A program made the position numbers and the translations under genes. A stretch of 64,000 nucleotides of DNA from Eledone cirrhosa (lineage: Eukaryota), in the NCBI GenBank assembly GCA_964016885.1, contig OZ024743.1, positions 65,844,001 to 65,908,000 on the forward strand, written 5' to 3'. Below, piece by piece: positions 30,178 to 46,572 of this stretch (positions are counted from its first letter, which is position 1; each line of letters starts with the position of its first letter). The notes under the pieces are model-generated. The model was not told the origin of the DNA, made no database searches, and saw nothing but the letters and a program-made list of their open reading frames with translations.

Positions 30178-30516
30178 CCTCTTCCTGCTATAACAAGCGT
30201 TAACCTAATATACATACCTTCCATATACTGTACCGATTGTGTTGTTATTTCTGTTTACCTTTTACATATATATATATAAAGATATAAATATATAAAGATA
30301 TAAATACCACCATATTTACTTGGACAGTTAGCTTCCTGATGATTTCTCACGAATGAAACAGTTCTAGTCCTGTAGAAGCTCTTCTATATATATATATATA
30401 TATATATATATCCTACATCAGTTATATATATATATATATATACATACATTTCTTTGTGTGTGTGTGCGCGAGCGTATGTATATATAACATATATATTATT
30501 ATAATATATTTTTATA

Positions 30517-30697
30517 ACCAGTATCGGTAGAGGGTCGGACGCCATGCTTTAACGCATAGAGTTACGGCCCTTGCCATTCTAAGTTCAAATCCCGCCGAGG
30601 TTAACTTTGTTTTCATCCTTACGGGGTCGATAAAATAAAGTACCAGTAATCCACTGGGTATTTGCTGACCTTGTGCCAAAAGTAGAAACAATTATTA
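30517..30697 (+). mobile_element. SINE family A
   Basis: Matches the consensus. Confidence 0.85.
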
Positions 30698-31139
30698 TAA
30701 TATGGGTCTAACTGTCCAGGGACGTGTAGACAACATTTTAGTCGGTCGGCTGAGATGCAAATAAAATGAGCGATCAACGACCTGTATAAAGGGTACAAGC
30801 CGGAGCATTATATAATATTAAATATATAGAAGGCAATATACAGTTCTATTAGATATATTTATATCTCCCTGATACATACTTTGTGAGGTCCACGGCTAGA
30901 TATTGTTCATCCGATAGCCTGGGCTCTTCAGACGGCATGAAAACCTTAAAAAAATTTTTAAATGTTAAAAACTTTCTTAAAAAAAATTCAGAAAGTACCT
31001 CGAATTCTTTTTATTTCATTTCGTGATACAGGGGACAACAGAATGTGTTGGGTTTCTACGCTAGCCATATGTAGTTGATGGCTGATGATCCTGTAAGTTG
31101 TAGGTAAACTCCAGAGTAAGAAGACTCACCACTTAGTCA

Positions 31140-32905
<1,766 letters not shown>

Positions 32906-33292
32906 TAAATAATATAAGTAAAACATACATTTCGGGCTGTTTTTTCCATACCCTCAATCATTAAAAATGATTCTTTCAAAAATTTATGGATGGAAGACAA
33001 ATTATCCGTAGATATAGAATATAGATATATTTTAAAATAGCATTTTACAGAAATATGTTTTACAGTGTATAAATTACAATTATGTTCATGAAATTTACAA
33101 AGAAAACAAAAACTTTTCTTTGCACTTCATAGTTAAACAATTATATTTTCATTAGGTACCTATAAAAAAAATGTGTAACTTTATCCTGATTGATATTGTT
33201 CGTTATCAACATGAAATTATTGATTATCAACTTGAAATTGAAAGATGGCATGATGTAAATAATTTTCCCAAAATGTCAGTATATTCAAATCA

Positions 33293-34002
33293 TGGTTTCT
33301 GATTTAGGCACAAGAACAACATTTTTTTCGGGGAGGGGAAAGTCGATTAAATCTACCTCAATGTGTTACTGGTACTTTATTTTATCGATCCAATAAGGAT
33401 GAAAAGCAAATCTAACCTCGGCAGGATTTGAACTCAGAAAGTAAAGGGCCATAATACTATGCTCCGAAGCATGTTGTCCGACGCTCTACCGATTCTGCCA
33501 ATCCACAGCCCTATACAATACTGGTTTCTGATTTAGACACAAGACCAACAACTTTTGGAGAGGAGAAGGTCGATTAAATCAACCCCAGTGCGTTACTGGT
33601 ACTTTATTTTATTGATCCCGTAAGCTAATCTCGGCAGGAATTAAATTCAGAACGTAAAGGGCCGCAATTCTATACCGTGAAGTATGTTATCCGTCCTATA
33701 CAATAATGAAAGTATTAAAATCTTTAATAAATTAATTTTCTTTATTCTATCAACATAAGCGAAATTTTCATCATGGAAATCATATCTCTACAAAACTTTA
33801 TTAAAAAATATGTACTATTATGAAATTTATCGGTAGAGGGTCGGACGCCATGATTTGCATCATAGAGTTACGGCCCTTTATGGTTTGAATTCAAATCCCG
33901 CCGAGGTTAACTTCGCCTTTCATCCCTACGGGGTCGATACAATAAAGTACCAGTAATACACTGGAATAATTGCTGGCCTTGTGCCAAAAGTAGAAGCAAT
34001 TA
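33293..34002. mobile_element. Three SINE family A copies (two minus, one plus)
   Basis: 33293-33510 (-), 33520-33692 (-) and 33829-34002 (+). Confidence 0.8.
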
Positions 34003-34559
34003 TGAAATTTATGACAAAACACATTCGAGGTGAGGGGAAAGGAAGCTATAGTTATGTGTCAGTAACTTTTGATAAATCCTTTGAAATGTTTTTATTCGTT
34101 AGGTAATTTATGGAAAAATCATTCGTTACCATGGTTTTCTTTACTACATGTGTTTGTTACGTGTATATATGTAGGTTTCTACATAAACGTGAAACATTAT
34201 CCCAACTTGTAGAAAACTTATAATGAAACAATTGTTTGGAAAGAGAGATATACTTTAATTTTAATTATATCTCATATAAAATAATACAACTGGCTTTCCA
34301 CAGAATACATAAAGTTAGCACCCCAAACACAAAATTGGGATTATACTAAAATATAACCTAATGTTTGTTGAGTGAGATGGTTGCCAGTCAGAGTTCAGCT
34401 TAAGGCTTTCTCTGTTATTGTATTAAATATATTTATATATATACTTGTGTATATATGTATTATTTTCTGTATCTATCTCCTGTGTGATCCTGTCTCTATT
34501 TCTGTACTTCCGAAGAAGGGCTAAAGCCCGAAAAGTACACACAAACACACATATATATG

Positions 34560-34622
<63 letters not shown>

Positions 34623-34925
34623 GTGTTCATACACCTTTTCGTTTTCTGAGGCACAATCTGCCTCCCATTGGCCTTCAATATTTGAAATGTTATTTTTGTA
34701 ATTTTATTTTTTCACCTTTTCTTTTTTTTAAATTTATATTTTAGTCTTTTTCTCTTCTTTTCTTTATTATTACTTTTCTCACCAGCTCTTTTTGATTACC
34801 AACTGTAAAGAGTACTCGATACTTACCCGACTCTGTTATGGCTTACTAGCTCTATACGGACGTTTAAATTGAATAAATAAATAAGTAAATATATATATAT
34901 AAGGATTTTCACTGTCATTATAACG

Positions 34926-34964
<39 letters not shown>

Positions 34965-34970
<6 letters not shown>

Positions 34971-35313
34971 ATATTAAATAAATGGAAACTATATTTATAA
35001 AACCATATTTATTTTATTACATATATTTCAAGGGCAACCAAGACAACATTGGTGCGCTTTCATCAGATAAAATACAAAGTTTGTTTTATAAATAGAGACG
35101 TACCCACGAAAATCATTCCTTATCGGTTGGAAATTCGCTGGATAGTCTTGGTTCCCCTTGAATTATATATAATAAAATAAATATGGTTTTATAAATATAG
35201 TTTCCATTTATTTAATATCATTGAATATTTACTCCAGTAACTTGTTGAGCGCTCTAAATCAGTTATAAACATTTATGTTTGTCGGACTTCCAACAAATTA
35301 AATACAACTTCTA

Positions 35314-35318
<5 letters not shown>
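34965..35318. mobile_element. Fold-back mini-element with hammerhead at 35012-35072 (minus)
   Basis: Arms about 34965-35045 and 35145-35224 plus tail, flanked by (TA)n on both sides. Confidence 0.8.
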
Positions 35319-35407
<89 letters not shown>

Positions 35408-35831
35408 AAACACACACACATATATATATGAAAAGATTCAGGACCACGACGTCGGGCTCCTGAATCTTTTCATATTACCCACTCTACTAGCCCAAGTATT
35501 GAGTAATATATATATATATATATATATATTACTCAATATATATATATAGGAAACGGCAGAGCTCAAGCCGTTTCGACAGCTACCGTCGAAACGGCTTGAG
35601 CTCTGCCGTCGGTGTCTTGACTCTTTTCCTATTACCCACTCTGTTACACAAAGTATCGAGTACTCTGGTGCGTTATGGTGCACCTGGTTCCTTACGACAC
35701 TTCCTTCTTTATATATATACATATATATATATACTATCATTTCGGGTAATCGTCCGGCAAACGGGAGATGGGGGTTCGATTCTCCCATATATGCTAATAT
35801 TCTTTTTCCCTTCAGTGGGTTTATCACCCCT

Positions 35832-36013
35832 TGGCAGTATCGGTAGAGCGTCAGACGCCATGCTTTGAAGCATAGAGGTACGTCCCTTTATAATCTGAGT
35901 TCAAATCTCGCCCAGGTTAACTTTGCCTTTCATCCTTACGGAGTCGATAAAATAAAGTACCAGTAATGTAGTGGGTAATTGCTGGCCTTGTGCCTAAAGT
36001 AGAAACAATTATT
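35832..36013 (+). mobile_element. SINE family A
   Basis: Matches the consensus. Confidence 0.85.
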
Positions 36014-36028
36014 AGACTATATTATAGT

Positions 36029-36090
<62 letters not shown>

Positions 36091-36097
36091 TATATAA

Positions 36098-36203
36098 GCT
36101 CCGATGAATTGACTGGTTACAACTATGTATTGGTGATCGAATGACGTGAAAACAAGCGGGTAGCGATCTCTAGACCTACCAGTTCAGAGAAACAATTGTC
36201 AGC
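36098..36203 (+). ncRNA. Hammerhead motif with expanded stem II
   Basis: GCT CCGATGA ..TGACTGGT [insert] ACCAGTTCA GA GAAA CAATTG TC AGC. One core substitution, GUC site. Confidence 0.65.
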
Positions 36204-36282
36204 AATGAGATTAAAAACCTTTTTTGTATAGCAAACCCTGTCACTCTTCTTTCCTGATTTATATATATATATATATATATAT

Positions 36283-36625
36283 TTCGTTAAATCAGACCGG
36301 TCGAAACTCCAGGTAGAAGGAGCAACGTGAAATAAAGTGTCTTGCTCAAGGACATAACGCATCTCCCGGTCCAGGAATCGAACTCACAACCTCAAGATTG
36401 TGAATCCAATTCACTAACCACTCAGCCACACGCCTTCACAATGTATATATATATTGTGAGTTCGATTCCTGGACCGGGCGATGCGTTATGTCCTTGAGCA
36501 AGACACTTTATTTCACGCTGCTCCTTCTACCTGGAGTTGCGACCACAATAGATAGTTAGCAACTAGAAAGATCGACGGAAACATTGTTTCCTCGGTCCGA
36601 TTTGACGAAAGTCGATCGATCCTTA
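36283..36625. mobile_element. Head-to-head pair of SINE family B copies
   Basis: 36283-36440 (-) and 36455-36625 (+), separated by a short TA tract. Confidence 0.8.
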
Positions 36626-36654
36626 ATATATATATATATAAATTACAGAATAAT

Positions 36655-36706
<52 letters not shown>

Positions 36707-36917
36707 TGTTATACTTGAGGAGGGTCATATTGTTGTAATAATATTGCCGGAAATAATAACAGAACACACCCACTGTTTGGTTGGTTTTCCCTTCTGTATC
36801 TTTTATATCTCCAGAGTTAATTCATTCGGTCCTCAATGTTTACCATTGACTGACCAACGGTCTAAAATACAGATATAATATAGATATAAACACATATATA
36901 TAGTCTAACATTTTCTG

Positions 36918-36960
<43 letters not shown>

Positions 36961-36993
36961 GGGAACAATTGTTTTATTACCATTGTAAGGGGT

Positions 36994-37072
36994 CTGACGA
37001 GCCGGGGTTTACAGAGTCGGGCTAGATCGATACATTTCGAACCTTGAGCTGATCAGTGGCGAAACGCGCGTC
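36994..37072 (+). ncRNA. Hammerhead core with long loop II
   Basis: CTGACGA GCC [about 54 nt] GGC GAAA CGCGCG TC. Stem I not paired in this copy. Confidence 0.6.
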
Positions 37073-37222
37073 TATAAGCAATAAACGTAATGAAGGGTTA
37101 ACTAATCGTCCTTGTTTTATTTGTCTATAATACACTCTGTCTAGCTCTACACCTCAACACAGAAGTGAACCTAAACATCGAGTGCTCACACGGGTGAACC
37201 TACAGTAACTCCAAGTTACACT

Positions 37223-37305
<83 letters not shown>

Positions 37306-37560
37306 TATATATATATAGGTTATAGCTTTATCGTATATTTTAGCGGCTTAACGTTTAACTTAACATATATCTTCATTAACTAACAACAAAGCACTAATAA
37401 TAATCAAATTAGTACTTTCATATCAGGATACCGCTATAAGTGGATGTTGCGATGATATAGACATCTTCTGGGGAGGAACAACACTTGGTCTAAAAATCAA
37501 TTCAGTATTTAGTATTTTTTCTATTTATATTTTACATGTTTATATATTATATATTAAATA

Positions 37561-37778
37561 GTGAAGGCGTGTGGCTGAGTGGTTAGAGAATTGTATTCAC
37601 AATCTTGAGGTTGTGAGTTCGATTCCTGGACCGGGCGATGCGTTATGTCCTTGAACAAGGCACTTTATTTCACGTTACTCCTTCTATCTGGAGTTCCGAC
37701 TGATAGACAGTACTAGGGAATAGCGACGAAAACATTGTTTATTCGGTCCGATTTGATGAAAGTCGATCGATCCTTTCA
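37561..37778 (+). mobile_element. tRNA-derived SINE family B (full length)
   Basis: TGGCTGAGTGG A box, GAGTTCGATTCC B box and TGTCCTTGAACAAGGCACTT. Confidence 0.85.
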
Positions 37779-38241
37779 TATTAAATATGTATATATTTAT
37801 ATACACATTTAGGCAATCCCGGTTAACTATGTTCTGTATAGATATAACTATATCCTGTAATTTGGCAGTTTACCGCATAACTGTGTGTGTGTCGGGGCTT
37901 TGCATATCTCTATACCCAATCTGCACCCCCCCCCCATGCCTTGAGTACTCTTATGATTAGTGGTCTCCCCGGTCTCAGCACCACAGACTTTCCGCCCCAC
38001 CTATCTCTCTATATATATATGTATGTAAAAATGCTTATATATATATATATATATATTTAATATAGAAATGGCTTCTACAGGACTAGACTGTTTCATTCGG
38101 GAGAAATATATATATATATTATAGGCAAATAGATACATATTTATGCATATACAAATATATGTGTGTCTGACTACATGCGTGCGGGTTGTTTGTATTCATA
38201 TATATATATATACATATATATATATACATATATATACATAC

Positions 38242-38274
<33 letters not shown>

Positions 38275-39418
38275 TATTAAAATAACAGATTAAAATTTAA
38301 TCATAGAATCGCTGTTTTCATCCTTAACGGGATCTTAAGGGTGAAAGCAACGATTCTTTGCTTAAACTTTAATCTGTTTTTTCAATAAATATTTGCTCAA
38401 GTGTTCTTATATATTTGATATATATTTATTCTCATCGAGCCCTCTTTGGATTTTAGTCTTCACATTTATTATTATTACCAGATACATATATATATATATG
38501 TATGTATGTGTGTAGGCGTGTGTGAGTGTGTATGCATGTATGCATATGTTGTCTGCATGAGCGAAAGGGAGAGAGGGAGAGAGAGGGAGAAAGAAAGAAT
38601 GATAGAGAGAGAGAGGGAGAGAGGGAGAGAGTGAGAGAGAGTGGGAGAGTACTTTCTGTGTAACAGTGACGCCATCAGAGAAGATGCTGCTATTATATCC
38701 AGGCTGTAGTTTTACAACATATCGTCTAGCGCTATATTGCTATTTGCTCCAAAAACACTGCACCGCTGCCGTTCTTTCTACATCCTCCCCCTCCTCTATT
38801 GCTCTCTCTCTCACTTCCCCCTCTCTCTTACTCCCCTCTCTCTCTCACTACTTCTCTCTCTCATGCTCTCATGTCTCTCTGCAGCCAATCAACAGCAACG
38901 TAGACTGCTGTCGTTATCCAATAATACGATTCCTTAATATTACTAGGCGTTCGATTGCTGACAACTTCGCTTCTACTAAACACACACATACACTCACACA
39001 CATATATACACACACATACACACATACATACACACACACACACATACACACACACACATACATACATACATACACGCACACATATATACACACCCACACA
39101 CATACACTATCAATGCTGCCATCGCTAACTTCGGTGCTGCTGCAACCACTGCTACCACCACCATCATCACCATCAAGACCACCACCACCGCCACCACCCA
39201 GCTACCACCACCACCACTGTCACAACAAAACCATCACTACCATCACCACCACCTCCACCCCACACAATCTACCACTATCCCCGCCGCCAACACCACCTCT
39301 ACCACAGCCATCTTAAGTTGAAGAAGATCACATTTGATAGTGGAGTCTTAGATACACTATATCCGAAAAAATCAACAAAAATATAGCAAACAGCAAAAAC
39401 GAACTCAACAAGAACTAA

Positions 39419-41320
39419 TCAACAACAACACCAACAACACCAACAACAACACCAACAACACCAACAACAACACCAACAACACCAACAACACCAAAACCAA
39501 CAACATCACCAACAACACCAACACCAACAACAACACCAACAACACCAACACCAACAACAACAACACCAACAACAACACCAACAACACAACCAACAACAAC
39601 ACCAACACCAACAACAACACCAACAACACCAACAACAACACCAACACCATCAAAAACAACACCACCAACACCAACAACAACACTAACAGCAACACCAACA
39701 ACACCAACAACAACACCAACAACAACACCAACAACACCAACAACACCAACAACAACACCAACAACACCAACAACAACACCAACAACACCAACAACAACAC
39801 CAACAACACCAACACCAACACCAACACCAACAACAACACCAACAACACCAACACCAACAACAACAACACCAACAACAACAACACCAACAACACCAACACC
39901 AACAACAACACCAACACCAACAACACCAACAACACCACCACCAACAACACAACCAACAACAACACCAACAACACCAACACCAACAACAACACCAACACCA
40001 ACAACACCACCAACACCAACAACACCAACACCAACAACAACAACACCAACAACAACAACACCAACAACACCAACACCAACAACACCAACAACAACACCAA
40101 CACCAACAACACCAACAACACCACCACCGACAACACAACCAACACCAACAACAACACCAACAACAACACCACCAACACCAACAACACCAACAACAACACC
40201 AACAACACCAACAACACCAACAACAACACCAACAACACCAACAACAACACAAACATCAACAATACCAACAACAACACTAACAACACCAACAACACCAACA
40301 ACAACACCAACACCAACAACACCAACAACACCACCACCAACAACACAACCAACAACAACACCAACAACAACACCAACACCAACAACACCAACACCAACAC
40401 CAACAACAACAACACCAACAACAACAACACCAACAACAACAACACCAACAACACCAACACCAACAACACCAACAACAACACCAACACCAACAACACCAAC
40501 AACACCACCACCGACAACACAACCAACAACAACACCAACACCAACACCAACAACAACACCAACACCAACAACACCAACATCAACACCAACAACACCAACA
40601 ACACCAACACCACCAACAACAACAACATCAACAACAACACCAACACCATGAAAAACAACAACACCAACACCAACACCAACAACAACACCAACAACACCAC
40701 CAACAACACCACCAACACGACCAACACCAACAACAACACCAACACCATCAAAAACAACAACACCAACACCAACAACAACACCAACACCAACAACACCAAC
40801 ATCAACACCAACAACACCAACAACACCAACACCAACAACAACAACAACACCAACACCATCAAAAACAACAACACCAACACCAACACCAACAACAACACCA
40901 ACAACACCACCAACAACACCACCAACACGACCAACACCAACAACAACACCAACACCATCAAAAACAACAACACCAACACCAACAACAACACCAACACCAA
41001 CAACACCACCACCAATACCACCACCACCAACAACAACAACAAGACCACCACCACCAAGAACATCAATACCAACAACACCAACAACACCAACACCAACACC
41101 AACAACAACAAGACCACCACCACCAAGAACATCAATACCAACAACACCAACAACACCAACACCAACAACTCCACCACCAACACCAACAACAGCACCACCA
41201 CCAACACCACCAACACCACCACCAACAACACCACCACCAACACCAACAACAGCAACAACACCACCACCAACAACAACTCCAATAACACCACCACTAGCAA
41301 CAACAACAACAACAACAACA
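39419..41320. repeat. About 1.9 kb (AAC/ACC)n compound trinucleotide repeat
   Basis: Direct reading. Source of the 638 and 654 aa low-complexity ORFs. Confidence 0.95.
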
Positions 41321-41334
41321 GCGTGTAGCAATGA

Positions 41335-42670
41335 GTACTGGCTGATAAACTCGGTAGAACGCCGGACAAGTTAAGATTCTCTGTATTGTTGCCTTGTGGT
41401 ATTTTGGCTCCTACTGTTTAAGTTCTGAGTTCAAATTCTACCAAGGTCAACTTTGATTTTTATACTTCCATCATCCAATCAAGTGTGTGTGTGTGTGACA
41501 GCTGACACCTATGTAGGTTTAGCTGGCCCCCTCCAAGGTATATCTCGTTGGAGGTGCCTTGGGTGATTTAATGATAGGGACCCCAGACCTATCATCTCAT
41601 TTCTAAAGCTTAGTAAACTAGAGCAACGTGAAATAAAGTGTCTTGCTCAAGGAAACAACACATCACTCGGACCGAGAATTGAACTCACAACCTTTCGATT
41701 GCAAGCCCAATGCTCTAACCACTAAGCCATACACCTTCACATCAAGTACCGAGAGAGATTTAATCGATTTTCCTTCCCCACCAATTACTGGCCTTGTATC
41801 GAAATTAAGAAACAGTTATTATTATTGTTAAGTGTGTGTTACGACCCTTTAGCTTCTAAGTTCAAATCACACCGAGGTTAATTTGCCTTTCATCCTTACG
41901 AGGTCGATAAAATAAAGTACCAATCACGTACTGGGGTTGTTGTTAATCGACTTTCCCCTCCCTTCGAAAATTGCTGGCCTTGTGCCTATGTAAGGAACCA
42001 TTATTATTAAGTGTGGTGGACTGGCAGTGTCGGTAGAGCGACGGTCAAAATGTTTTGTGGCATATAGTAACGACCCTTTACCTTCTAGGTTCAAATACCG
42101 CCGAGGGTAGCTTTGCCTTTCATCCTTACGGGATCAATAAAATAAAGTACCAGAAAAGCACTGGAGTCGATTTAATCGATTCCCCCCCCCCCCCAATGTT
42201 GGCCTTGTTTCTAAATTAGAAACAATTATTGTTAAATGTCGTGGACTGGCAGTATCGGTAGAGAATCGGATAAAATGCTTTTCGGCATAGAGTTACGGCT
42301 TTTTAGCTTCTAAGTTCAAACTCCGCCGAGGATAGCTTTGCTTTCAACCTTACAGGGTCGAGAAAATAAAGTAGCAGTAACACACTGGGGTCAACTCAAT
42401 TGACTTTCTCATCCCCTTCAAATTGCTGGAATTGTGCCAGAAGTATAAAGAATTATTATAGTTAAGGCGGTGGAATGCCAGAATTATTTGAGCGTCGGAA
42501 GAAAAAATGTCTTGCAGTATTTTATTACGATTCAACATTCTAAATTCAAATTCCATAGAGGCCAAAACTCATGTTTATCCTCCCAGAGCCAAATAAAGTA
42601 CAGGGTTTGATTCAATCGATTAATCCTTCACCCTAAATACCTGTCTGTGTGTTTATGCTAGAAAGTATTA
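41335..42670 (+). mobile_element. SINE cluster: tandem family A copies with one minus-strand family B copy (41499-41740)
   Basis: Family A units start at about 41335, 41830, 42010, 42236 and 42465. Confidence 0.8.
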
Positions 42671-42824
42671 TGCAAGTTCAGCGTGTTACTTTAATAAACC
42701 AATCGGTCACCCATTGATTGTGTCTAAGTATTGTTCTTGATTCAGTGTTAAACCGATCCACCAGATGTTATCAAATCCAAATTATATTTCTCATCGACTA
42801 AAGTCTGAAGCTTTGGGCATGAAT

Positions 42825-42994
<170 letters not shown>

Positions 42995-43367
42995 ATATTT
43001 GGGGAGGGTCATATTTGCGTAATATTGCCAGAATTAATAACAGAACACACTCACTGTTTGGTTGGTTTTCGCTTCTCGCTGTCTTTTATATATATATATC
43101 TGCGATCTAACTTACTCGGTCCTCAATGTTGCCATTGACTGACCGGCGGTCAAAAATAAAATAATACAGATACAATATAGACAAACACATATATATATAG
43201 TTTACATAAATCTTTCGTAAGCGAGAAGCGAAAACCAACCAAACAGTGAGTGTGTTCTGTTATTAATTCTGGCAATATTACGCAAATATGACCCTCCCCA
43301 AATATAACAATATCTGTTTCGACACACGATTTCATATAAAAAACCTCGCAAAACTAATTCATCGCCG

Positions 43368-43409
<42 letters not shown>

Positions 43410-44145
43410 AAGTTGACTTTCTCCCTCTTTCTTGACCCGTAATTCTTGATGGAAATGTACGGGCGTCGTAGTGACACATGATGCGTCTTAGTGAAGCCCT
43501 GTTTAAAATGCCTAAGTGCCCCTCGCCAGGTCTGAATACAGCTTAGAGAGTGATAAAGATGAAGTGCGAAAAATATATAGAAAAAAATTGATTCCAGTAC
43601 TGGACAGGTACTTTTTTTATCAACCTCAAAAGGATGAAAGATAAAGTTGACCTCGGTGGAATTTAAACTCAGAGGGCAGAGAGAACAGGAACGAATGTGA
43701 CAAGACATTCTATCTGATGTTCTAATTATTCTACCAATTCGTCACCCCGAGTAAGATTATAACTATGAAAAAAGAAAGACATGAATGGTTTGTTGGATCA
43801 GGGGAGGTTTTATGTAGTGAGTCAAACAATAAATTACAGAAAGTTCCCTGCTTGTTTACGTTGCAGCCTGACGAAGACAGATGGAGCATATCTAAGTCAG
43901 ACAAAGCGTGACGGACCCCCATATATCTCAAATACGTATTTCATGCGACCAAGCGGTATTCAGTTTCGAGTTCAAAACTCATCGAGGTCAACTTCGCCTT
44001 TCATCCTTCCGAAACCAATGAACTAAAGTACCAGTTAGGTACTGTCGTCGATTCAATCGATTTTTCCTTTCCTCCAAAATTGCTGGCCTTGTACCAAAAT
44101 TAAGGAAGTGTGATAGCTAAAGCGGTAAAGAAACGAAAACCTATA

Positions 44146-45340
44146 CGAGGTGTGTAAGAAAAGTAACAGGACTTAGTGTGCTGTGTGAGCTATGAGTGGG
44201 TTAGGGATTAGCTTGTTGCGTCACCGTGTGACATAATTGTTTCTACTTTTGGCACAAGGCCAGCAATTACCCAGTGTATTACTGGTACTTTATTTTATCG
44301 ACCCCGTAAGGATGAAAGGCAAAGTTAACCTCGGCGGGATTTGAACTCAGACCATAAAGGGCTGTAACTCTTTGCTGCAAAGCATGGCGTCCGACCTTAT
44401 CCGGGAATTATATAATTGCGATCTCATATCTCAGAAGCCATTGTAATTTTTTTCACGTGTTTTTGTTAATAGCTCCTCAATTTTAGACCTTCAAACGATG
44501 GACACAGAGCAACGAACCAGTCAGAAGTTTCTGGTTCGGCTGAGGAATACTGCATCACAAGCACTCTGAAAACTGCAGCAAATGTACGGAGATGAAACGA
44601 TGTCACGATCACGGGTTTTAGAGTGGCACAACAAGTGGCAGTCGACCTCAGGGTGGAAGGCTTTCAATGAGCAGCACTAAGGCCAACGTTGAGCAGATGG
44701 TGCTTGGTGATCGTCAGCTGACTGTTTCGCAACTGTTTCGTCAGCTGACTGGTCGCAAGTAAGCCGGACATGAACCGCGATACAGCACGAGGAAGATAAT
44801 CACCGAAGATTTGTGCTAAGATGGTGCTGAAGGTGTTGAACTATGACCAGAAGGAGCGGCACATGCAGGTGTCTCAGGACATCATCGAGCACCTTGAAAT
44901 CGAACCAGACTTGCTGGAAAGCGTCATCACCGGTGATGAACCGGTGATGACTCTTGAAATGGTTTCAGATAGCTGAGATCGCAATTATATAATTCCCGGA
45001 TATGATGTCATACGGTAACGCAACAGGCTAATCTCTAGTCCACTCATAGCTCACAGGTCACACTAAGCCCTGTTACTTTTCTTTCACACCTCGTATAAGT
45101 TTCCGTTTCTTTGGTCATGGAGTTTCGTTTTCAGGACGTGGAAGCCATCAAGATAGCCATGACGGTGAAACTGCGGAGAATCTCGGGATAATAAAAGTGG
45201 TAGCGTGGTGGTGAGAGGATATGGGAGTGTGTTAGACTTGAGGGAAATTATTTCGAAAATGGAAAACTTGTAGTTTGTAGTTTGGATATGAAACATTTTT
45301 TTTTGCGATCTCAGTCCTATTTCTTTTCTGACACACCTCA
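44146..45340 (+). mobile_element. Decayed mariner (Tc1/mariner) transposon with SINE insertion and internal inverted 5' end
   Basis: TA-CGAGGTGTG.. and ..CACACCTCA-TA termini. Transposase remnants MDTEQRTSQKFLVRL..YGDETMSRSRVLEWH, LLESVITGDE, RFQDVEAIK and LEGNYFE. SINE A inserted at 44235-44397 (-). Confidence 0.85.
44498..44940 (+). pseudogene. Mariner transposase N-terminal remnant
   Basis: HTH region through the TGDE catalytic motif, with stops and frameshifts. Confidence 0.8.
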
Positions 45341-45447
45341 TATATGACAGAGTCATTTTTGTTGAGAAAGAACTTAATCCTTACTTCACAGTTTTGAAAT
45401 AAGATTGCAGCTGCTTATATAAGGTAAAGCACTTTATGTTACACATG

Positions 45448-45508
<61 letters not shown>

Positions 45509-45727
45509 AATTGATGGTTAATAGTAGTATTAATAGATGGTGCATCATCTTCATCATCATCATCAGTAGTAGTAGTAGCAATAGTAGAAGTAGTAGTAGT
45601 AGTAGAAGTAGTAGAAGTAGTAGTAATAGTAGTAGTTGTAGTAATAGTAGTAGTAATATTAGTAGTTGTAGTAATAGTAGTAGTAATAATAGTAGTAGTA
45701 GTAGTAATACTAGTAGTTGTAGTAGTG

Positions 45728-45771
<44 letters not shown>

Positions 45772-45788
45772 TGTAGTAGTGGTAGTAA

Positions 45789-45833
<45 letters not shown>

Positions 45834-45850
45834 GTGTAGTTGTAATAGCA
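45448..45850. repeat. (CTA)n then (AGT)n microsatellites
   Basis: Direct reading. Confidence 0.9.
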
Positions 45851-46266
45851 GAGGTGTTAGTTATATAAGCGGTAGTAAATGATAGAGGTAGCGGTAAGGG
45901 TGGCGATGGTGGTTACAGTTACAGTTACAGTTACAGCGGTAGTAGTAATGTATACAGTAATTACGAGAGAGAAGCTAAATTTACACTAGATGAAAACCTA
46001 CACTGACACCCACAAGGAAGAAGAGGTTTACCAATAGGAAAGAAAACATGAATGTTATACAAGAAGACTATGTAATGTTCCAACAGCAAATAAAACGTAA
46101 ACAAAATGTCGGAAAATAATAAAAACAAGAAGGGCACAAAAGGCATGTTTCTTTCATAAGACGAGATTGCATTAAGAGGCTGAACCTGGCATAATTCGTT
46201 GTTGTGGTTTGCTGACGCCAACCTACAAAAGAAGAACAACAAATGATAACGATACATACATACCTA

Positions 46267-46327
<61 letters not shown>

Positions 46328-46483
46328 TCATATATACACGCACACAAAGATGTGTGTGTGTGTATGTGTGTGTGTAATATAGACTGTATTGTTTTATTTA
46401 TATCTATCAGAATATATATGCACCCATATATATCTAATTATATATACACATGTATGTCTATATTTTATATATGAATATGTATG

Positions 46484-46572
<89 letters not shown>

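Noticed and set aside
39405-41369. 654/638 aa hydrophobic ORFs and N/T-rich ORF
   Set aside because: Products of the (AAC/ACC)n microsatellite, with no splice or domain support.
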